Shown here piece after piece: positions 40,805 through 49,617 of a stretch of 61,290 bases of DNA. Position 1 is the stretch's first letter. Each line of letters begins with the position of its first letter. The notes beneath the pieces are model-generated. The model saw only the letters and a program-made list of their open reading frames with translations. It had not been told where the DNA came from and did no database searches. This stretch comes from Myxococcota bacterium (GTDB lineage Bacteria > Myxococcota > JACRCW01), in the NCBI GenBank assembly GCA_040752415.1, contig JBFMGU010000026.1:1-61290 (forward strand), written 5' to 3'. The position numbers were made by a program, and so were the translations under genes.

Positions 40805-43105
40805 TCACTGGTACAGGAAGTTGAAGTCGGAGAGCAGGTAGGTCACCACCGCCATCCACGCGCGGATGGTGTACTGGCGGTCCAGCACAATCCGCTCCTC
40901 CTCGGGCAGGTCCTCGCCGGTGACCAGGTCGCGGTCGGCGCGGCAGGCGTACGGGAGGTACTGGCTGTACAGCGGGTCCTCCACGTCAATGCCCTGGCTG
41001 CCTTCCTTCCACGTCTCCAGGAAGAGGCCGTAGGTGCGGTCCAGCTCCGGGTCGCCGGAGTAGAGCGTCTCTCCCAGGATGACCTTGTGCAGGTGGCGGA
41101 TGTTCTCCTTGATCTTCGCCACCGCGCCGGGAATCTCGAAGCCGTTGTAGTCCAGCGGCTCGTAGGTCATCTCCACGTGCGGGAAGAGCTTGCGCTCCTC
41201 GGTGCGGCGCAGGAAGTCATACGCCACGTTCATGCATGACACCTCATTGGCCATGCGCTGCGCGATGTTGGCCATGATGCCGTTGGGCTCGGTGATGCGC
41301 TGCGTGACGCTGTTGGAATCAATGCCGCCGTAGAAGATCAGGTACTGGTTGGCGTCGAGCAGCACCGGACGCTGGTCGTACCGGCCCTGCCACGGCCGTC
41401 CGAAGATGGCGGCAATCTTGCGGTTGAGCTGCTCCGGCGTCAGCAGCTGGGCGGTTCCCACGTCGGCCAGCTCCAGCTTGCGCTCGGCGCTCAGCTCGGT
41501 GGTGGCGTTGTTGGCGCGGAAGTACGGGCTGAGGACAATCTCCTTCACCACCGTCTTGAGGTTGTACCCCTCCGAGACGAACTTCTCCGCAATGGCCTGC
41601 AGCGCCGCGGCTTGCGCCTCCTGCGCCACCAGCTTCTGCGCGTAGTCGGCGGCGGCGGTGTCGGCGGGCGGGCTGAGCGGCTGCTGGCCGGTGAGCCCGG
41701 TGTACATGGTGTGCACCACGCTGGTGGCAAAGCGGCTGTCCGCCACCACGCGCCGCGCCAGCCACTGCAGGCTCACGCCGGTCTCGTTGAACGGAAGGGT
41801 CTCGTCGCCAAAGCCCGGTGGCCGCATGTCCTCGTAGTCCGCCGGGTCATGCAGCACGTGGCGGCCCTGGCCGGTCCAATCCCGGAACGCGCCCGCCACC
41901 GGGTCCAGGTTGGCGTGGCAGACGGTGCAGTTGGGATTGAACATCGTCGGGTTGAAGTCCTGGATGGACGTGGGGTCCACCGGGCGCTCCGCCAGCTTCA
42001 TGATGTCCGTGGCCAGGAAGAACTTGTAGACCATGCGGGAGCGGTGGCGGTTGCGGTTGGTGGCCGTGGTGGGGAAGCGGTTGAGGAACATGTGGCTTGA
42101 GAGCACGCCCGCGTGCGGGATGCCCGGGACGTGTCCCTCCTTCCAGTCCGTGGCGTCCTCCATGTTGGGGAAGGTGACGTCGGTGACGCCGTACACCTGC
42201 GCGCTGTACGGATTCACCATGATGTAGTCCGCCGTCAGGATCTCCGTGAACGGCTTGTTCTCCCGCACCACGTGCGCAATCAGCTGCAGCGGCTCGCTGG
42301 CCACCGCGTCATTGGCGGCGCGCATGGCGGCGTCGTGACGCTCGCGCTCGGTGTCCTCGGGGATGGCGTCGTACCACTGGCGCGTGGGGTAGTCCTCGGG
42401 GTTGAGCAGGTTGATGGCGTTCTCACCGCCCAGGTAGCGGTTGGTGAGCAGCAGGTCGTTGTAGGTCTCCTTGACGCGCTCCAGGAACACCGGTTCGTTC
42501 ATCAGGGAGTCCAGCGCCTGGCTCAGCCCCTCGGCCGCACCGTCGGCAATCAGCGCCTCCTCGGAAGGCGTGGGCAGCCGGCCCGCCACCGCCAGCGCCG
42601 CCTTGCGCAGCGTCGCCGCGTCGTCGAGCATGGTGACGCCGTGGAAGTAGCCGGCGTTGCCGTCGTCCGCGCACTCCACCGGCACCTTGAAACGCTCCAC
42701 CTGCTCCTTGAGCGCGTTGTACTCCGCGCTGTCCTTCTCCATGCGCTGGCCGCCGCCGTGGGAAACCTCCGCGGTGGGCTTCAGCAGGACGAGCGAGACC
42801 CCGTCGATCTCCAGGGCCGCCACGTTCTTCAGCGTCTCGTAGTTGATCTGCAGGTAGCCCGTCTGGCTGCTGGACACCAGGACCAGGTCCGTGTCCTTGG
42901 CCGCGCCCTGCGCGTTGTGACACTGCATGCAGTTCTGGGAGAGGATGGGCGCCCAGATCTTCTGCGCAAAGAACTTGTCATTGGACAAGCACCCTTCCTG
43001 CTGCTGCGTGGGCGGTGGTTGTTCCGGTGGCTTGTTCTGCGGGCAGCCCGCCAGGGCCACCACGCACAGCCCCATCAACGGACTGGCGTGCCAGTTCCTC
43101 TGCAT
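40805..43105 (-). CDS. Lipoprotein with two c-type heme motifs, DUF1588/DUF1592-like
   Basis: Lipobox LAGC; CMQCH and CTVCH; GRLPT, PFTEILTADY, HAGVLS; GGAGG RBS. Confidence 0.8.
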   Translation of the reverse strand: MQRNWHASPLMGLCVVALAGCPQNKPPEQPPPTQQQEGCLSNDKFFAQKIWAPILSQNCMQCHNAQGAAKDTDLVLVSSSQTGYLQINYETLKNVAALEIDGVSLVLLKPTAEVSHGGGQRMEKDSAEYNALKEQVERFKVPVECADDGNAGYFHGVTMLDDAATLRKAALAVAGRLPTPSEEALIADGAAEGLSQALDSLMNEPVFLERVKETYNDLLLTNRYLGGENAINLLNPEDYPTRQWYDAIPEDTERERHDAAMRAANDAVASEPLQLIAHVVRENKPFTEILTADYIMVNPYSAQVYGVTDVTFPNMEDATDWKEGHVPGIPHAGVLSSHMFLNRFPTTATNRNRHRSRMVYKFFLATDIMKLAERPVDPTSIQDFNPTMFNPNCTVCHANLDPVAGAFRDWTGQGRHVLHDPADYEDMRPPGFGDETLPFNETGVSLQWLARRVVADSRFATSVVHTMYTGLTGQQPLSPPADTAAADYAQKLVAQEAQAAALQAIAEKFVSEGYNLKTVVKEIVLSPYFRANNATTELSAERKLELADVGTAQLLTPEQLNRKIAAIFGRPWQGRYDQRPVLLDANQYLIFYGGIDSNSVTQRITEPNGIMANIAQRMANEVSCMNVAYDFLRRTEERKLFPHVEMTYEPLDYNGFEIPGAVAKIKENIRHLHKVILGETLYSGDPELDRTYGLFLETWKEGSQGIDVEDPLYSQYLPYACRADRDLVTGEDLPEEERIVLDRQYTIRAWMAVVTYLLSDFNFLYQ

Positions 43106-43580
43106 TCGCGACCTCCAGGTTGTAGACGGCAGACCTCAGCTCCTGCGTTGCGCAGATACTGCCGAGCAGGACGCGTACCAGCTTAGTCTCCCTCGAGCGG
43201 GCGCCGGCAAGGGGAAATACCTGGGGTGTGGAGTCCACGGATCTGGGGAGCGTTGTCCACTGCGGTGACGTCGGAAAACGTGGCAGGTTGTGGCTGTTGT
43301 GCACACAGCGGAGCCACCGCAGTCCCGAGCCCACACCCGCGCGCGGAAGGTCGCGATAGCGTGCGCTTAGCGGCGTCGCGCGGGCGGCTACGACGTGCGC
43401 CGGCCTCGCCGAACCCGACGTCGTCACCGCCGGAATTCCCCCTCCCGCTCCCGGGAGGCCAGGTGGGTCCCGGTTCGCGTCGGGCGCGACGTCGTGCTTC
43501 CTGCGTGTCCGCGCGAGGAGAGGTCACGGGCCCCGAGGTGTCGCAGCGGAGGCGGAGATTGTGTGGCTGCGCAGAGGAGC

Positions 43581-43742
43581 TCAGCGCAGGCGACGGGCGC
43601 GCGCGGGAGCCGGGATGCGCACGGGGACCGGGCCGGGCTGCAGGAGTTGGGAGAGGGCGTCCAGGAGGTCCTGCCACAGCTTGGCGGCGGGGCCGGGTGC
43701 CTTCTCGTCCTTGCGGGGGGGCTGCGAGGTGTCCTTGGCCAT
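43581..43742 (-). CDS. Small protein (53 aa) absent from the ORF track
   Basis: CAGGAGG RBS, then ATG; reads MAKDTSQPPRKDEKAPGPAAKLWQDLLDALSQLLQPGPVPVRIPAPARARRLR; high GC3. Confidence 0.7.
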   Translation of the reverse strand: MAKDTSQPPRKDEKAPGPAAKLWQDLLDALSQLLQPGPVPVRIPAPARARRLR

Positions 43743-43894
43743 CTGCGCGACCTCCTGGCAGGTACGCCTGACGCTCGGTTCAACACCCGACGGGCACTGG
43801 ACTCATCCCACAAAACACCAGGGCCCGGATCCACCCTCGGGAGGATGGACCGGGCCTGGAGCCTACCAGAGCGACGTGCGTCCCGGGAGAATCT

Positions 43895-45028
43895 TCAACG
43901 TGAAGCGGATCCTGCCTCGCCGGGCTTGCCCTTGGTGGTCTCGGTGCGCGCGCCCGCGGTCCCCGTCTCCGCGCGCGTCTCCTCCTCGCGCCTCACGCGC
44001 AGCTGGTTGCGCACGTCCTTCACGCCGCGCACCGTCTCCGCCACGTCCTCCGCCAGGCGCTTCATGTACCGGTCGGGGATCTGGCCGGTCAGCGTGACCT
44101 CCCCGTCCTTCACGGCGACCTCGATGGCGCTGGCGTCGATCTCGTCGTGATCGGTGAGCTCGTCGCAGACCTCCTCCCGGATGCGGTCGTCGTTGCGCGT
44201 GTAGCCCTTGGGGCCCCTGCCGCGGAAGATGCTGCCGAGGAAGCCGCGTCCCTCACGCTCCGCGCGCCCCTCGCGTCCCAAGAAGCCGCGCTCCTCGCGC
44301 CCCTCGTACCGAGCCTGCGCCGGTCCGCCGTACCCGCGGTCCAGCTCGCTGCCGTAGCCGCCGCGCCACGTCTCCGCGCCCATGTACCCGCGACCCTCGC
44401 GCTCCAATCCGCGACCCATGTCGCGCTCCAGGTTGCGCCCGGCGTAGCTGTAGCCGCCAATGCCGCGCCCCATCTCGCTGCCGTAGTCGCGACCGTAGCG
44501 CCCCGTCTCATACCGGCCCGTTGCCTCGCCGTAGTCACGACCGTAGCGGCCCTCGCCCACGTCGCGACCGCCGTAGCCCCGCTCCACGTCGGAGCCGTAG
44601 CCGCGTTCGATTCCGCGACCACCGTAGCCGCGCTCCACGTCTGGGCCGTAGCCACCCTCGAACCCGCGGGCGCCGTAGCCACGCTCCACGTCGGGGCCGT
44701 AACCACGCTCGAATCCGCGGGCGCCGTAGCCACGCTCCACGTCGTAACCGTAGTCGCGGGTGTCGCCGCGCTCGTAACCGGCCCGCCCGTCGTCGCGACC
44801 GCGCCGGCCCATCTCGCGGTATCCGCGCGACACTTCGCCGCGGTACTCCCCCCGTTCCTCGTCGCGCCCGAAGGCCCGTTCCTCGTCGCGGTAGATGTCC
44901 TGCCTGCCCTCGTCGTAGCCGCGGCCCATCTGCTCACTGCGACCGTAGCCACGACCGACGGGGACGCGACCCTCGTTGTAGCCGCGACCGACGGTGTTGC
45001 GGTTGGTGTTCCGGGTGTTGCGGGTCAT
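43895..45028 (-). CDS. BON-domain protein with G/Y/R/E-rich low-complexity N-terminus
   Basis: GRGPKGYTRNDDRIREEVC..IEVAVKDGEVTLTG..GVKDVRNQLRV (BON); GGAGG RBS. Confidence 0.9.
   Translation of the reverse strand: MTRNTRNTNRNTVGRGYNEGRVPVGRGYGRSEQMGRGYDEGRQDIYRDEERAFGRDEERGEYRGEVSRGYREMGRRGRDDGRAGYERGDTRDYGYDVERGYGARGFERGYGPDVERGYGARGFEGGYGPDVERGYGGRGIERGYGSDVERGYGGRDVGEGRYGRDYGEATGRYETGRYGRDYGSEMGRGIGGYSYAGRNLERDMGRGLEREGRGYMGAETWRGGYGSELDRGYGGPAQARYEGREERGFLGREGRAEREGRGFLGSIFRGRGPKGYTRNDDRIREEVCDELTDHDEIDASAIEVAVKDGEVTLTGQIPDRYMKRLAEDVAETVRGVKDVRNQLRVRREEETRAETGTAGARTETTKGKPGEAGSASR
44564..44743 (-). repeat. 51-bp coding tandem repeat (~3.5 copies; 17-aa unit DVERGYG(A/G)RG(F/I)E(R/G)GYG(P/S))
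   Basis: CCGTAGCC.CGCTCCACGTC recurs at 44571, 44622, 44673 and 44724. Confidence 0.85.
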
Positions 45029-45201
45029 CGGGTCCTCCGCTGTGTTTGGAGCGTGCCAAGGCTCGGGATGGAAGGTTGGTGGCAGGAAGAAGCCGCCTTC
45101 GCAGGGGATTATTCCAACGCAGCCGTGGCACGGAACGCGCGCCGTCCGGTTGGACGTCGACGACCATCACGCGGGGCGTGTGGTTCCACTGGGGGCGCGG
45201 C

Positions 45202-45299
45202 GAATCCGAAAAGAAAGTCAGGGGGTCAGAATGGGACTCCGCGACGACGACCGGCGATCCCCTTCTGACTTCTGACTCCTGACTTCCTTCTCGGGATTC
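45202..45299. repeat. Imperfect ~30-bp inverted repeat containing (T/C)CTGACT heptamer tandem repeats
   Basis: GAATCCGAAAAGAAAGTCAGGGGGTCAGAA pairs with TTCTGACTCCTGACTTCCTTCTCGGGATTC; TCTGACT-TCTGACT-CCTGACT at 45264-45284. Confidence 0.65.
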
Positions 45300-45311
45300 T
45301 CCGCCAGCCCG

Positions 45312-46649
45312 TCAAAGCTCGATGCGCTGCGCCTTTCCGTCGCGCAGGCCGGGCGGCCGGAACACCAGCGAGCGCGAGGGCGCGTCCCACTCCATCGGTT
45401 TCTGCGTGTACGGATTGACCAGCTGCGGCGGCGTCCCGCCCAGGAACGTGGCCACCTGCGACGCACCCACGCCTTGCATCACCGCCAGCCGGTGGATGGC
45501 CACCAGGCGCATCAGCCCGTCCAGGTCATGCACACCCTCGGGCAGCTCCAGCAGGTCGCGCGGCAGCTGCAGGAACAGGCGTGCGCCCAGGCCGTTGAGC
45601 ACCGGCGCTCCGTCGCGCTCCATCCGACGACGCACCTCATCCGCACGACTGTTGAACTCGTGCGCGGGCATGCCCGCCGCCGCCGTCACGTCGCGGAAGT
45701 GTTGGAACAGCCGGTTGGCGGAAGCTCCGTCCATGAAGATGAGATGGGTGAAGCGCTCCTCCGCCCAGGAAGCGGCCGCGCCCCGGTGCGCGTCCAGGTC
45801 ATCCATGTCGCGCAGGGCGCGGGCCAGCTCATCCCGCAGCGCCGCCTCCACATCGCGCTCCGCCGCGTCCAACGGCGACAGCATCCCCTGCACCAGCGCG
45901 TCCTCCTCCGACGAGAGTGGCCCCTCGCGCACCATCTGGGAGAGCAGGTGGTAGATGTTGACCAGCGAAAACACGCCCACCAGCTTGCCCGCCACCGTGG
46001 TGGCGCCGCGCAGCACCATGCGCATCATCCGCGTGTCTTCCGCCAGCATTCCCAGCGCGCGCACGCGCCCCCCGTCCTCCACCGCCGTCAGCGCGATGCG
46101 GTTCAGCAGGATCATGTGCACCTTCACCGGGTACGGCACGCCGGACAACGCGGCGCCCGGCTGGGTGGCCTCCTGGAACGCGGGATAACGCGCCATCGAG
46201 ATCAGCCGATCGACGAGGACCTGGTTCTCGCGCACCACCTTGCGCATGCGCTCCGGCGTCTCCCGCGCGCGGCGGATGCAGGCCCGGGCACGGGGCACGC
46301 ACACGTCGTCGGGGAGCTCCACCACCACGTCCAGGCGCGGCGCCTCCCGCACCTTCCCCTTGGGCGTGCCACCCGCTTCCAGCTCGCGGTACTCCTCACG
46401 CAGGGCCTTGCCCGCGGCGTGGATGTCGGCGTCCGCGGGGGCCACGTGGAATCCCAGGATGGCCAGGTAGGCGTTGTCCTCGTCGGGGACCGCGGGGCGG
46501 GATTGCTGGACGGTCCGGCGCACGTCGGGATCCACGTTCTCGTCGAGATATGGCGCCAGCCACAACACGGAGGCGGCCATCACCGGCGGTCCCAGGATGA
46601 GCTTCCACCACCAGCGCTTGCGGGGGCGGGCAGGTGGGGTGGAGGGCAT
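45312..46649 (-). CDS. Hypothetical membrane-anchored helical protein
   Basis: Basic N-terminus followed by one TM; high GC3; C-terminal NPYTQKPMEW. Confidence 0.75.
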   Translation of the reverse strand: MPSTPPARPRKRWWWKLILGPPVMAASVLWLAPYLDENVDPDVRRTVQQSRPAVPDEDNAYLAILGFHVAPADADIHAAGKALREEYRELEAGGTPKGKVREAPRLDVVVELPDDVCVPRARACIRRARETPERMRKVVRENQVLVDRLISMARYPAFQEATQPGAALSGVPYPVKVHMILLNRIALTAVEDGGRVRALGMLAEDTRMMRMVLRGATTVAGKLVGVFSLVNIYHLLSQMVREGPLSSEEDALVQGMLSPLDAAERDVEAALRDELARALRDMDDLDAHRGAAASWAEERFTHLIFMDGASANRLFQHFRDVTAAAGMPAHEFNSRADEVRRRMERDGAPVLNGLGARLFLQLPRDLLELPEGVHDLDGLMRLVAIHRLAVMQGVGASQVATFLGGTPPQLVNPYTQKPMEWDAPSRSLVFRPPGLRDGKAQRIEL

Positions 46650-46708
46650 GCGACATCCTAACAGAGCCCTTGCCCGAGGGGGGCCGTCGCCACCAAGCTG
46701 CGCCCCGC

Positions 46709-47800
46709 ATGGTTTCCGGCGGACCCAACGGCGCGCTGTGGCGGATGCGCAAGCAGCTCACCGCCAGCGTCATCAGCGCCATCCTTCCCGCACCGCGGCC
46801 GGTTGAGCTTCAGCTCGGCCGACCGTTGCGCGTGGGCTACCTGCGCATCGACCGTCGCGTGGGGGAGGTCCTGCTGCAGACGCCCATCTTCCACGCCCAC
46901 AAGCGCGCCCGCCCCGACGACACCGTGAGTGCCATCGTCCACCCGCGCATGGCGCGCGTGCTCCGTGGCCAGCCCCACATTGACGAGGTGGTTCCGTTCA
47001 GCTGGCGCGGTTTCCCCGCGGTGGGGGAGTCGCGTGACCAGCTGGCCGTGCTGCGTGCGCTCAAGCTCGACGTGGCGGTGGATTGCGGTGACCCCAGCCT
47101 GTTCTCCGTGGGTCACGCCCTGGCCACGCGCGCCACCGGTGCCCCCGTGCGCATCGGTTTCGCCCGGGGTCCCGCCGCGGATCACTACACGCACCCCGTG
47201 ACGGTCCCCGAGCCGCTGCACGAGGCCACCGCGCGCGCGCGTCTGCTCGGTCCCCTCGGCATCGACGCCGGCCCGACGATGCACTGGGTGCCGCACCCGC
47301 GTGAACCGGTGATCCTGGACGGAGAGGACGTGCTGCAGCGCATGCGCGCGGAACCCGGTCGACACGCGGTGGTCACGCCGGGTGGACGTCTGGCGTGGCG
47401 TCGGGCGGGGCCGGCGCAGTTCGGGCCGCTGTGCCAGGGGCTGCTGGAGCGCGGTCGCACGCCGTGGATTGCGCCGGGGCCGGGCGAGGATGAGCTGTGC
47501 GCCGACGTGGCGCGCGCCGCGCCGGGAGCCCGCGTCTTGCCGCTCACCGACCTGGACCAGCTGGGCGCGCTGATGCAGGCCGCGGGCGCCACGGTGTGCA
47601 ACAACAGCGGGCCCATGCATCTCTCCGCGGCGTGTGGTGCGCCCACCTTCGCGCTGTTCGCCAAGATGGATCCCACGCGCTGGGGCCACTTCCAGCCCGA
47701 GCACGAGATGGTCGTCGTCGACCTGGAGAGTCCCGACGAGGGGCCGCGCCTCAAGGAGCGCGTGCTGGCCTGGCTGGACCGGCTGGGAGGCGCGCGGTGA
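46709..47800 (+). CDS. Glycosyltransferase family 9 (heptosyltransferase-like)
   Basis: RVGEVLLQTP, PHIDEV, RIGF, NNSGPMHLSAACGAPTFALF, P.RW. Confidence 0.88.
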   Translation: MVSGGPNGALWRMRKQLTASVISAILPAPRPVELQLGRPLRVGYLRIDRRVGEVLLQTPIFHAHKRARPDDTVSAIVHPRMARVLRGQPHIDEVVPFSWRGFPAVGESRDQLAVLRALKLDVAVDCGDPSLFSVGHALATRATGAPVRIGFARGPAADHYTHPVTVPEPLHEATARARLLGPLGIDAGPTMHWVPHPREPVILDGEDVLQRMRAEPGRHAVVTPGGRLAWRRAGPAQFGPLCQGLLERGRTPWIAPGPGEDELCADVARAAPGARVLPLTDLDQLGALMQAAGATVCNNSGPMHLSAACGAPTFALFAKMDPTRWGHFQPEHEMVVVDLESPDEGPRLKERVLAWLDRLGGAR

Positions 47801-49242
47801 AACGTGCTGGCGCGCTCGCGCTGCTTCTCGCGCTGTTTCCCACGTCGGGAATGGCGCAGGAGACCCCGGCCGCGCCCGCTCCCTCCCCCACGCCCCCCGG
47901 CACCCAGCCCACGCCCGACGAGGTGGAGCTGGTGCTGAAGGAGCTGGAGCGTGAGTCCGCGGCGCTGCCGCCTTCGCCCGTCGAGACGCCACGCGTGGTG
48001 CCCAGCTGGGTGGACCAGGTGGTGCCGGTGGCCGAGTTCCGACTGCGCCCCTACCTGCTGCTGGGGCATCCCACGTCGTCGTCGCGCCCCCAGGTCCTGG
48101 CGCACCTGCGGGGGCGACTGGGCGCGGAGCTGCACGTCACGCCCGACGTCAGCATGCGCCTGGTCCTGATTGCCGCGCAGGCCCTGCCCACCATCCGCGC
48201 GCCCGGACCGGAGCTCATCCACGACGCGTGGGCGAAATGGCGCTACCAGGCGCTGGGCGGAGAGGTGCAGCTGCGCGTGGGACGCCAGGAGGTGCTGCTC
48301 AGCGACTTCGTGGCGTTTTCGTCCCGGAACTATGGCCTGATCCCGCCCCGCTTTGACGGCGTCACGGCGCGCATGGGTTGGGGGAAGGTGTTCCTGATGT
48401 CGGTGGCGGCGGCGGAGGCGGTGGTGACCGTCCCGCCCGCGGGCGCGTTTCCCGACGTCAACGGCGTGGGCATGCTGGCGGCGGGCATCCAGGACGGACC
48501 GGGGCGGCTCATCGAGATGCACAGCATTGTGCGGGTGCCGCAGCTGCCCATCCACGGCGACGCGGGACCGGCCAGCTCGGGCAACACGCTTCTCGACGTC
48601 GGGGGAACCGCCATGTGGGAGTGGCGCGGACTGCACGCGCGCGCCGCGCTCGACGTGCAACAGCAGCGCTTCCAGACGCCCAGCATCTTCGCGCCGCCCA
48701 TGGCCGCGTGGCTAAGCGCGGGCTATGCGCCGGAGTTTCCGTGGGCGCAGGGCGTCTACGCCGACGCGGGTGTCCTGGGCGCCGCGGGCCAGCCCATGCG
48801 TTACCTGCCGCTCCTCGCCGACTGGAGCGGGTGGGACGGGGTGGCGCAGCAGGAGTTCGAGCCGCTCTACGGCGTGCGCCACGGCATCTACGGCGAGATG
48901 GACCTGGGACTGCTGCACAACCAGTACAACGTGTGGGCGCGCGTGGGGCTCCGTCGGGGAGCGCTGCGGAACCTGGCGGTGGTGCTGCACCGGCTCAGCA
49001 TGTTCGACGCGCGCGGCTCCTGGTACGCCACCGATCCCCAGCGCGTCCTGCTCCGTCGTGGCGAGGGCACGCGCGACCCGCTGATTGGGCACGAAGCGGA
49101 CCTCATTGCGGAGGCGGAGCTGACGCGCCACGTGATCCTGGGCGGCTCGGTGGGACTGCTCTACAGCGGACCGCAGGCTCGGCAGGCGGGCTTTGGCGCG
49201 TTTGCGCAGACCGCGTTCTGCACGTTGGACCTGCGCTTGTGA
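47797..49242 (+). CDS. Outer-membrane beta-barrel, alginate-export-like
   Basis: Signal peptide; LRVGRQEV, RFDGV, FEPLYGVRHGIYGEMD, IGHEADL; C-terminal strand FCTLDLRL; GTGA overlap with the GT9 gene. Confidence 0.7.
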   Translation: MKRAGALALLLALFPTSGMAQETPAAPAPSPTPPGTQPTPDEVELVLKELERESAALPPSPVETPRVVPSWVDQVVPVAEFRLRPYLLLGHPTSSSRPQVLAHLRGRLGAELHVTPDVSMRLVLIAAQALPTIRAPGPELIHDAWAKWRYQALGGEVQLRVGRQEVLLSDFVAFSSRNYGLIPPRFDGVTARMGWGKVFLMSVAAAEAVVTVPPAGAFPDVNGVGMLAAGIQDGPGRLIEMHSIVRVPQLPIHGDAGPASSGNTLLDVGGTAMWEWRGLHARAALDVQQQRFQTPSIFAPPMAAWLSAGYAPEFPWAQGVYADAGVLGAAGQPMRYLPLLADWSGWDGVAQQEFEPLYGVRHGIYGEMDLGLLHNQYNVWARVGLRRGALRNLAVVLHRLSMFDARGSWYATDPQRVLLRRGEGTRDPLIGHEADLIAEAELTRHVILGGSVGLLYSGPQARQAGFGAFAQTAFCTLDLRL

Positions 49243-49325
49243 CGACGAGATCTGCCCGTCCTTCCGCGGTGGCATTTGCATCCGCGCCGCGGTCTGGGCT
49301 ATCCGGAGGCCACCAAGGGTGAGAT

Positions 49326-49540
49326 GCAGGCGGTGGCATGGTGCCTTCGCACTCGCATCCAAGAGGGAAGCCGGTGAGATTCCGGCGCGGTCCCGCCACT
49401 GTGAGTGGAGCCAGGTGCCTGAAAGTCCACTGACGGCGTTGTGTCGTCGGGAAGGAGGCACCCCGGAGCGCGTCCCAGCAACGCGCGGAAATGGCAGGCA
49501 GTCACTCGCCCGCCGCCCTCCACGAGCCAGGAGACCTGCC
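49326..49540 (+). ncRNA. Cobalamin (AdoCbl) riboswitch
   Basis: AAGAGGGAAGCCGGTG..TCCGGCGCGGTCCCGCCACTGT, CCACTG..GGGAAG and the B12 box AGCCAGGAGACCTGCC; lies upstream of a TonB-dependent receptor. Confidence 0.93.
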
Positions 49541-49617
49541 CTTGCGGCCAGCACGCGCGGCTTCCGCCCGTGGCCTGGCGTGGGTTCGCTCCTCTCCGCG
49601 GAGAGAGGGAGGCCGGT

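Noticed and set aside
43225..43310. DnaA-box-like words (TTGTCCACT, TTGTGCACA)
   Set aside because: Few and mismatched; no AT-rich unwinding element or dnaA/dnaN context.
44564..44743. Possible CRISPR array
   Set aside because: In-frame coding repeat with no unique spacers and no cas genes.
45126..45141. TGGCAC-N5-GCGC sigma54-like motif
   Set aside because: Poor -12 element, and it points toward the 3' end of a minus-strand gene with no downstream ORF.
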